In this document: positions 33,243 through 39,258 of the stretch, one piece after another
How the letters are laid out: each line of letters opens with the position of its first letter
How positions within the stretch are numbered: the first letter of the stretch is position 1
IMG/VR virus record: IMGVR_UViG_3300028629_000022
Coordinates: 1 to 39,258 of that record
Reading direction: 5' to 3' (one strand)
Length of the DNA stretch: 39,258 bases
DNA from: a virus
Lineage: Duplodnaviria; Caudoviricetes
Program-made: the position numbers and the translations under genes
Notes under the pieces: model-generated
What the model was told of the DNA's origin: nothing
The model's database searches: none
Seen by the model: the letters and a program-made list of their open reading frames with translations, nothing else

Positions 33243-33779
33243 GTGGTGAACAACGCAACGACGGGGCGACGGTACTTCATGCGATTGCGGACCCGCCTTA
33301 TGCAAGCTGGGCTTCCGCAATCGCAATCCCTGGTGGCTTTGTCGGATATGGCTTATCTGGCATGGCCGCATTTCTTTTTGATATGCGACGATTGGGGGAT
33401 TTTCCGCCTGGACACCAAGACTATTCAGGCGACGTTGTTTCCCAAGCGACCAGGAATGACGGAGCAGCGCATCCTTGAGTTGGTAAAGGAGTATGTAGAG
33501 GCGGAACTTGCCGAAGTGTACTTGGACGAGGACAAAACAAAGTGGGTTTGGCTGACGGGATGGTTCAGAAATCAGTCCAAGTGGGCTAGAGATCCGGAGG
33601 ATTGCACGGATCCAATCCCACCATCGTGGAAGCAGGACGGCAATCCGGTGACCGGGAAGCCGATTAAGGAGCAGGGGGCCGGGGCGCCGAAACAAGCGCA
33701 GGTCGAGACTAGGGACGTCAGCGCGGCGGCGATTTTGAAGTTGGCCGATAGCCTTGCGAATAGCAAGCGGGTAACATGA
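33243..33779 (+). CDS. phage replication initiator-like protein (N-terminal domain only)
   Basis: CDDWG...IQATLFP...W.RNQ pattern of replisome-organiser N-termini; follows RecT. Confidence 0.5.
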   Translation: MVNNATTGRRYFMRLRTRLMQAGLPQSQSLVALSDMAYLAWPHFFLICDDWGIFRLDTKTIQATLFPKRPGMTEQRILELVKEYVEAELAEVYLDEDKTKWVWLTGWFRNQSKWARDPEDCTDPIPPSWKQDGNPVTGKPIKEQGAGAPKQAQVETRDVSAAAILKLADSLANSKRVT

Positions 33780-33797
33780 AAAGATAGGAGAAATAAC

Positions 33798-34025
33798 ATG
33801 ACGAGGAACCAAAAACGCAGGGAATACATGACGGAGTACAAGAGAAAATACAGGGCCGCGCACCCGTTGGTGTACAAGGCGCATCAATGGGTCAGGAACG
33901 AGGTCCGGGCCGGAAGGATGAAGCGGCTTCCGAGGGGGATGCAGTACCACCACCCCGATTACAGGCGTCCCGGTTTTGTCGTGCCTTGCAGGGTGGAGGA
34001 TCACCGCAAATGCCACAAGAAATGA
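33798..34025 (+). CDS. degenerate HNH-like protein
   Basis: AHQWVRNEVRAG...HHPDYRRP...HRKCH. Confidence 0.55.
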   Translation: MTRNQKRREYMTEYKRKYRAAHPLVYKAHQWVRNEVRAGRMKRLPRGMQYHHPDYRRPGFVVPCRVEDHRKCHKK

Positions 34026-34270
34026 ATGACAACCATCCGTGGAAGAAGGACTACATGGCCTTCATCCACGATACGCAGAGGATGAAGGGCAAGGCGAATC
34101 GGTTCAGGAAGAACCGGGATATCAAGGATTCGATGGATATAAGGGCAAACGTGGAAATGCCCAGGTGCCAGGAGTGCAGGAACATGAAGCCGGTTGGCAA
34201 GGGGCATGGGTGCATCGAGGAAGGGCGATCTGTGTGCAACGACTGTCTTGGGAGGAACGACGACAAATGA
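34022..34270 (+). CDS. hypothetical zinc-finger protein
   Basis: NHPW N-terminus; CQEC and CNDC pairs; ATGA coupling. Confidence 0.6.
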   Translation: MNDNHPWKKDYMAFIHDTQRMKGKANRFRKNRDIKDSMDIRANVEMPRCQECRNMKPVGKGHGCIEEGRSVCNDCLGRNDDK

Positions 34271-34518
34271 GTACCTACAAGAAAACGGTTCAGTTGACTT
34301 GCTACGTCGAGGTCGAAGCGGAGATCCATGTTGTGCGCGACCCGAATTACGGGGCCGATGCGGACGGAAACAGGGGCATCACGACCTACGAAGTGGACGG
34401 AGTAAAGATATTGAACATGGACGAAATCCAAGCGTCATTGGAAAATCAAGTCTGCGAAAACGCGGATTTGACGGAAGAAGATGGGCGCGATCCAGACGCA
34501 GGGAGGGATGAGAAATGA
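34267..34518 (+). CDS. hypothetical protein
   Basis: GGAGG SD; YGADADGNRG motif; ATGA coupling. Confidence 0.65.
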   Translation: MSTYKKTVQLTCYVEVEAEIHVVRDPNYGADADGNRGITTYEVDGVKILNMDEIQASLENQVCENADLTEEDGRDPDAGRDEK

Positions 34519-34769
34519 ATAGCAATGGAAGATGGTTTAAACTGTCAAAATATTTTAAGGGTGGTCATTTTGACACGTATGTATTTATCCCAATTGGATA
34601 CAAGGTTGTTTGTTGGGATAACATTCTTTCTAGGTTTGGGGACGGAACTTGTGGTGGGGCTTGCTACGGATGGACTACGTATGCTAGGCGCGTTATGGCT
34701 CCTATTGGAAAAAGTAGATTCAAATTGAATAGGTGGGAACTTAGAAAGATTAAGAAGGTGTCAAAATGA
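34515..34769 (+). CDS. hypothetical protein, AT-rich
   Basis: Coupled ORF with GGAGG SD. Confidence 0.55.
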   Translation: MNSNGRWFKLSKYFKGGHFDTYVFIPIGYKVVCWDNILSRFGDGTCGGACYGWTTYARRVMAPIGKSRFKLNRWELRKIKKVSK

Positions 34770-35035
34770 CAAACGAACAGGCGAAGGCTTTGGCAGAGAA
34801 TGTTAATCCTACATGGGTAGTTTCATATACATCGTCCATTAAGGGTGGGTACATGATTGCTGGCCCTGATGGGATGGTTGCGTTTGGAGATTCGTATGAA
34901 TCTGCATTTTTGCAAGCTGGAGTGAAGGTGTGCCAATATAACTGCGCCGAATCAATTATTAAGGTTAATGGAAAGAGAGTTGTGTGCCCATTCTGTAATG
35001 ACAAAGGCTACACCCTTGTCGGAGGAGAGAAATGA
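34766..35035 (+). CDS. hypothetical protein with C-terminal zinc ribbon
   Basis: CQYNC...CPFC; coupled ORF. Confidence 0.6.
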   Translation: MTNEQAKALAENVNPTWVVSYTSSIKGGYMIAGPDGMVAFGDSYESAFLQAGVKVCQYNCAESIIKVNGKRVVCPFCNDKGYTLVGGEK

Positions 35036-35069
35036 GCAATTCCAATCCCGAACTTTTGGAGGTGAAGTG

Positions 35070-35273
35070 ATGGGAAAGAAATTCACGGACAAAGAGAGAA
35101 TGGACTTTCTAGAGGAAAACTTCTGCGAAGTTCATTATGACGCAGAAGGTGGCGGGGAAGATTTTATTGTTGACCCAAGAGAATTGAGTTGTGGCGACTG
35201 GTGTAAATCAATACGGAAGGCTATTGATTCGTGCATTTCATATAACACACGTTCCAAGAAAGGCGGGAAGTGA
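35070..35273 (+). CDS. hypothetical protein
   Basis: GGAGGTG SD; TDKERMDFLE...SIRKAID pattern common in phage hypotheticals. Confidence 0.65.
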   Translation: MGKKFTDKERMDFLEENFCEVHYDAEGGGEDFIVDPRELSCGDWCKSIRKAIDSCISYNTRSKKGGK

Positions 35274-35683
35274 TGGAATGTATAAATCCAGGACACAACG
35301 ACAAGAAGGTTGATGCAGACACCATTCCAGAGTGGGCGTATGACGACCGCTGGTGTCCTGAATGTCGGGCTATTCTAAAAAAAGTTCACATGATACAGGA
35401 ACACATGAAAAAGCACGGAAACGAAGCATGGGATGGAGTTGAAAAGTTCAGGTTGAAACACGGGCATCTTCCGAGTGAGTCTGCCGCCCCGTGTAAGGAG
35501 TGTTTCAATGAGAGAACTGTGAATATCATTCGCGTTAGAGAACTCGAATCGGAGAACGCCGCCCTCAAGGCAAAGGTGGAGAGGTTGCGTAATCTATTGG
35601 ATAAAGCGAGCAATGCCGACAAGTATGACTGGAACATGGGATTACGGGATGAAGTTGAGCAAGCCCTGAAAGAAACGGAGTGA
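35270..35683 (+). CDS. hypothetical protein with Cys motifs and coiled coil
   Basis: CPEC, CKEC, ELESENAALKAKVERLR. Confidence 0.65.
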   Translation: MMECINPGHNDKKVDADTIPEWAYDDRWCPECRAILKKVHMIQEHMKKHGNEAWDGVEKFRLKHGHLPSESAAPCKECFNERTVNIIRVRELESENAALKAKVERLRNLLDKASNADKYDWNMGLRDEVEQALKETE

Positions 35684-35686
35684 ACG

Positions 35687-36397
35687 ATGGGAGATACAAC
35701 GAAAATAGAGTGGTGCGATTCGACGTTCAATCCGTGGATCGGTTGCACGAAGGTTAGCCCCGGTTGCGTCAACTGCTATGCCGAAAGGGATCAGGACCAC
35801 CATTACCACAGGGCAAAGTGGGGAGCCGGGAACCCGCGTGTTCGGACCTCTCCTGCAAACTGGAAGAAGCCGCTCGCGTGGGATAAGGAAGCTCAAAATA
35901 CCGGAAAGCGCCGTTTGGTGTTCTGCGCGTCCCTGGCCGACGTATTCGACAAAGAGGTTCCTGAATCGTGGCGCGAAGATCTGTATGCCCTGATAAACGC
36001 AACGCCAAATCTGACGTGGCTACTGCTGACGAAGCGAGAACAGGATATGCACCTGGGCGGCTATGCCCCTAATGTGTGGTTGGGCGTGACGGCAGAGAAC
36101 CAAGAACAATGGGACAAGAGGGTTCCTTTGCTTCTGTCGTCCGGCGCGTCCAAGAAGTTTGTTTCGGTCGAGCCCATGCTTGGGCCTGTCGATATGCGCG
36201 GGTTGAAGCCCGACTGGCTGATAGTTGGTGGCGAAAGCGGGTCGAAAGCAAGGCCGATACAATTTGAATGGGTAAGTTACCTGTACGCGGAGTGCCAGCA
36301 TCTTAAAGTACCGTTCTTTTTCAAACAGGTTGGGTCCGATGATTCTGGATGGCCACTACCGTGTAACATAGAATCGGTTAAGGAGTTTCCAATTTAA
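35687..36397 (+). CDS. phage gp37/gp68 family (DUF5131) protein
   Basis: TKIEWCDSTFNPWIGCTKVSPGCVNCYA, VFCASLADVF, LLTKR, VSVEPML, GGESG and FFFKQ motifs. Confidence 0.92.
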   Translation: MGDTTKIEWCDSTFNPWIGCTKVSPGCVNCYAERDQDHHYHRAKWGAGNPRVRTSPANWKKPLAWDKEAQNTGKRRLVFCASLADVFDKEVPESWREDLYALINATPNLTWLLLTKREQDMHLGGYAPNVWLGVTAENQEQWDKRVPLLLSSGASKKFVSVEPMLGPVDMRGLKPDWLIVGGESGSKARPIQFEWVSYLYAECQHLKVPFFFKQVGSDDSGWPLPCNIESVKEFPI

Positions 36398-36453
36398 AGA
36401 AACGGAGTGACAGCATTGATTGGCCCAACGAGTGCTGAACAAAAGGAGGAAGC

Positions 36454-36636
36454 ATGATACGCAAATGGATACTCAGATTCCTTAACCAATGGGAAGGGTG
36501 TGACACGTGTAACGGACGCGGAGTTGTAAACATTGAGGTTATTTCAAACAGAGGAATGGAAAACGAGTCGAAAGTTACCATTACAAACGTAGAGTGTCCA
36601 ATCTGCAAGGGCTGGACTTTCAGGAGGAAAAAGTGA
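36454..36636 (+). CDS. small zinc-ribbon protein (CxxCxGxG type)
   Basis: AAGGAGG SD; CDTCNGRG...CPICKG. Confidence 0.6.
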   Translation: MIRKWILRFLNQWEGCDTCNGRGVVNIEVISNRGMENESKVTITNVECPICKGWTFRRKK

Positions 36637-36836
36637 TTTACAACGAGAGGGGAGGAAAGCTCTACCCGCGAAAGTACGGGACGGAAGCGGGACGAAAAGA
36701 GGCGAAACGGATTGCGCGAATGGAACACGCCCGCAGAAGCCGAGGATACTATGAGCGTCATGCGAAAGCGGTTAAGGCCAGCCCTGGCGTCGTCTGTGCC
36801 GTATTCGATACCATTTCGGTCTTGCGGATTGTATGA
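36633..36836 (+). CDS. basic hypothetical protein
   Basis: AGGAGG SD; GTGA overlap with the upstream stop. Confidence 0.5.
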   Translation: MIYNERGGKLYPRKYGTEAGRKEAKRIARMEHARRSRGYYERHAKAVKASPGVVCAVFDTISVLRIV

Positions 36837-37081
36837 TGGATCCCAACATGGGAGAATTAAAACCTGATATAGCGCCTAAATTCCAACACGGACAACGCCG
36901 TTGCTTTAAGGATGGCGAGGCGCTTCATGTTTGGTGCCGCGTGTGCAAGGCGTATCTACACGCCGACAAGATGAAGAAAAGTAAAGGGTCTAACGGTATA
37001 GGATACGACTACATTTGCAAGCGGCATCACGCCGAAAGCGTGAAATGGTACAACAGGAGGATAAAGCGTGAATCCTGGTGA
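36833..37081 (+). CDS. hypothetical zinc-binding protein
   Basis: WCRVCK...ICKRH; coupled ORF. Confidence 0.55.
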   Translation: MMDPNMGELKPDIAPKFQHGQRRCFKDGEALHVWCRVCKAYLHADKMKKSKGSNGIGYDYICKRHHAESVKWYNRRIKRESW

Positions 37082-37289
37082 CGAATCGGTACGGGATGAA
37101 CATGATCGAGTTGCGCGGGTGGTGGCAAGCCACAAGCATCCGACTATCTGGCTGTTCCTCTCCGGCCGGAAGTATATACCAGATGGGTTTATTAATTGGT
37201 CGAACGAGGTTCAGCTTGAAGTCTTGTATGCGTGGGCTGATTCCGTGATGAAACAGGATGGCAAGTGGTTCTGTATAAACATAAACTGA
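37068..37289 (+). CDS. hypothetical protein
   Basis: AGGAGG SD before GTG. Confidence 0.55.
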   Translation: MNPGDESVRDEHDRVARVVASHKHPTIWLFLSGRKYIPDGFINWSNEVQLEVLYAWADSVMKQDGKWFCININ

Positions 37290-37693
37290 TATCGGCGTTA
37301 GGCAACGGAGGCGTCCTTCCTAGCCGTGGATCTGAACATGAGGAAATATTCGCTTATCAGTTGAAGGACAATGGGTTGTTGGATGGGTGCGAAAGGCAGT
37401 ATCGGTTCCATCCGTCTAGGAAATGGAGTTTTGATTTCGCGTGGCCGTCTGTTCTGGTTGCCGTGGAGGTCGAGGGTGGGGTATGGATTCAGGGCCGTCA
37501 TACGAGGGGCGCGGGGTTCGTGAAGGATTGCGAGAAATACGGTGAGGCGGCTATCCTGGGCTGGCTGATTCTTCGCATCCCTGCGGCCTGGGTTGACAAT
37601 GGGACTGGGTTGGGTATGTTGACTAGGCTGATGAATAATCGTCCAAATAAACGGCAATTAAACGCAAAAAAGAGGAGTGGCCGGGGGTGCTAA
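37265..37693 (+). CDS. DUF559/Vsr-like PD-(D/E)XK endonuclease
   Basis: YRFHPSRKWSFDFAWP...VAVEVEGG..GRHTRG..DCEKY..A..LGW motif. Confidence 0.8.
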   Translation: MVLYKHKLISALGNGGVLPSRGSEHEEIFAYQLKDNGLLDGCERQYRFHPSRKWSFDFAWPSVLVAVEVEGGVWIQGRHTRGAGFVKDCEKYGEAAILGWLILRIPAAWVDNGTGLGMLTRLMNNRPNKRQLNAKKRSGRGC

Positions 37694-37706
37694 TCCCCGG
37701 CCTTTT
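37679..37706 (+). terminator. hairpin terminator at the convergence of the two transcription units
   Basis: GGCCGGGG-8 nt-CCCCGGCC then TTTT; the stops of both convergent genes lie in the loop. Confidence 0.6.
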
Positions 37707-38142
37707 CGGTAATATGCGGATTTGGCTTGATCTTATAACGGTCTTTCGCCTCCACCATGACCCCGAGGTGGTCCTTCCCGGGGGGGCCGGTTCCCTTCTT
37801 CTTCCCGGTCATTCGGTAGAGCTTGAAAGGCGTTCCTAGCACAGCAGGGACAACGTACAGCGGGTTTTCCTTGAGTGGTCCACGTCCTTTCTTGGCTTCC
37901 GCTCTTATCGGTCCTATCCATCGGGTTTTCCACTTTTCGGATATTCGATTGCTTTCTAGGATCGCAACGATGGCTGTTGCGGCTCGTGCGAGAAAATCCG
38001 ATTCCTTCAATCCTCGGGCGTTTATGGCTGGAAGAAAGTGTTCCCGATACCATGAGTCGCGAACGTTCACATTGATCTGTTTCGTCCGCGCTTCCGGTAC
38101 CAGTTTGTATCCCCTGGGTAATCCGCTACCTGGGCCACCCAT
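37690..38142 (-). CDS. putative ribbon-helix-helix transcription regulator
   Basis: TAATG coupling at 38142; GGPGSGLPRG leader then RTKQINVNV beta-ribbon and SDFLARA helix pattern. Confidence 0.55.
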   Translation of the reverse strand: MGGPGSGLPRGYKLVPEARTKQINVNVRDSWYREHFLPAINARGLKESDFLARAATAIVAILESNRISEKWKTRWIGPIRAEAKKGRGPLKENPLYVVPAVLGTPFKLYRMTGKKKGTGPPGKDHLGVMVEAKDRYKIKPNPHITEKAGD

Positions 38143-38648
38143 TACGCGGCCTCGATCTCGGAAAGGTGGCAAGTCTTGACGGAAGCCGACAAGGGTATGC
38201 CTTGCGCGTTGCGGATCTTCCCGTTGTGCTTCGCGTCAACGTGCGCTCCAAGGGTGGGGAACATAACGCGGACGGTCTGCCGTTGGGGGTCGTAGGTATG
38301 AAGGAAGGCGTAACCCTTTCCGATCTCTCGCCACCACTTGAGGACAACGGCCGCGCGGCCGTGCTTGACGATGAACGGAAAGGGCTTTGCGCGTCCCTTC
38401 TGGCTGTTGTAGTAGCGGCGAACCTGGGCGCGGTTGGGCTTCGGCCCGGGCTTGTTCGGCTTGTAGGGGCCGGTTGGCGACGGGATCTTGATAACGTCCT
38501 GTTGGTTGTGTTTTCCATTTTTGATCGCGGCGCGGTTCTTGGTGAAAAGGTTCTTTGCCTTGCTAATCAGCGTTTGAATGAACATTTTTGTTCGTCCTTT
38601 CTTGGTGAAAAGGTTCTTTGCCTTGCTAATCAGCGTTTGAATGAACAT
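38142..38648 (-). CDS. basic hypothetical protein with duplicated 21-aa N-terminus
   Basis: GAAAGGA SD at both in-frame ATGs (38648 and 38585). Confidence 0.65.
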   Translation of the reverse strand: MFIQTLISKAKNLFTKKGRTKMFIQTLISKAKNLFTKNRAAIKNGKHNQQDVIKIPSPTGPYKPNKPGPKPNRAQVRRYYNSQKGRAKPFPFIVKHGRAAVVLKWWREIGKGYAFLHTYDPQRQTVRVMFPTLGAHVDAKHNGKIRNAQGIPLSASVKTCHLSEIEAA

Positions 38649-38672
38649 TTTTGTTCGTCCTTTCTTGGTGAA
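38536..38672. repeat. 63-bp tandem duplication (2 copies plus 11 bp)
   Basis: Units start at 38536 and 38599; TTCTTGGTGAA recurs at 38662. Confidence 0.95.
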
Positions 38673-38825
38673 GGTTGGTAAAAGCCGCGTGTGCTAGTAT
38701 GGCAAGGGCGGCGGCTCGTATCCCTATTCGCTTCCGTTTCGAGAGTAGCGCGGCCTCAGCTCGTTCCTGGGGCGTCAGGGAGCGCCAAACCCGGCAATGC
38801 GGGAAGCGGGTTTTAAGTTCGTGGT

Positions 38826-39038
38826 TTAGGTTCGTTTCGTTCCGTCCTTTCTGGCCGTTGAAAGGGCCTTTCGGTAGATTGTCGGGGCTTCCTGCTCGGG
38901 GTGGAGCATTAAATCCCCGTATTCTTTGGTGGGGATTGAGAATATCATCCCTAGATCGTCCTTGAAAATCATTGTCCTTGCTTGCGTCATAGGCCATAAA
39001 ACTACATGGTCCGTGACGGGTGGAAGGTTTGCCATCAT
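38826..39038 (-). CDS. hypothetical protein (70 aa)
   Basis: AAAGGTG SD before ATGATG. Confidence 0.6.
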   Translation of the reverse strand: MMANLPPVTDHVVLWPMTQARTMIFKDDLGMIFSIPTKEYGDLMLHPEQEAPTIYRKALSTARKDGTKRT

Positions 39039-39181
39039 TTGTCACCTTTTTCTGTTTTTTCGTCTTTCCTGGATTCGGTACGTCCTTTCTAGTTATTGAT
39101 CGGGAAAAGTTCAAGCGTTGTAAATAGTTCTTCGTTCCAATGATCGCATCGGCATCTTCCGGCTTCCCAAATGTACATTTC

Positions 39182-39256
39182 CTAACTGTGTTCTCTGATA
39201 GGAACTTCAACGTCGTCCCCATACTCTATTGCCCTCATCTCCTCTGCCTTCACCTT
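39182..39256 (-). CDS. 3' end of a hypothetical gene entering from the right edge (...KVKAEEMRAIEYGDDVEVPIREHS)
   Basis: Frame is open from the edge to TAG at 39184-39182. Confidence 0.4.
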   Translation of the reverse strand, partial: KVKAEEMRAIEYGDDVEVPIREHS

Positions 39257-39258
39257 CG

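Noticed and set aside
38626-39222. 198-aa ORF as a single gene
   Set aside because: It fully overlaps the better-supported ORF 38826-39038. Only its 3' part looks coding.
39036-39256. Possible TAG recoding: one minus-strand frame reads through two TAGs to a TGA overlapping the next ATG
   Set aside because: TAG is clearly an ordinary stop for the scaffold, the major capsid (followed by a terminator) and the DUF6948-like gene, and the long genes are not interrupted by TAG. Separate small ORFs explain it equally well.

Overview
This window looks like a near-complete, circularly permuted genome of a podovirus-like tailed dsDNA phage, probably infecting a diderm host. A leftward (minus-strand) early operon is split across the two ends (1-2569 and 37690-39258). 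It includes an ArdC-like anti-restriction gene and a ribbon-helix-helix regulator. A rightward morphogenesis block follows: TerS, a 720-bp non-coding pac/ori-like region, TerL, portal, scaffold, major capsid, adaptor, tail nozzle, tail fibre, internal virion proteins, GH108 endolysin, a secreted SLT and a spanin-like protein. After it comes a rightward recombination/replication/accessory block (Cas4-like nuclease, Lar-like, DUF6948-like, RecT, replication initiator, HNH, gp37/gp68, DUF559-like nuclease). I saw no integrase, DNA polymerase, tRNA or CRISPR array. The most notable signals are: (1) a type III hammerhead ribozyme in the early operon whose cleavage site is also part of a competing GNRA hairpin; (2) virion-module proteins, including the tail fibre, with Sec signal peptides and Thr/Pro linkers; (3) two tandem (Gly-Y/D/S)n micro-ORF cassettes bounded by a 33-bp repeat covering SD, stop and start, behind a structured RNA; (4) several accessory genes flanked by direct repeats at gene junctions; (5) two leaderless promoters sharing a TGTAAA-N5-YTTACA operator. 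All family assignments come from motif recognition by eye, with no database search.
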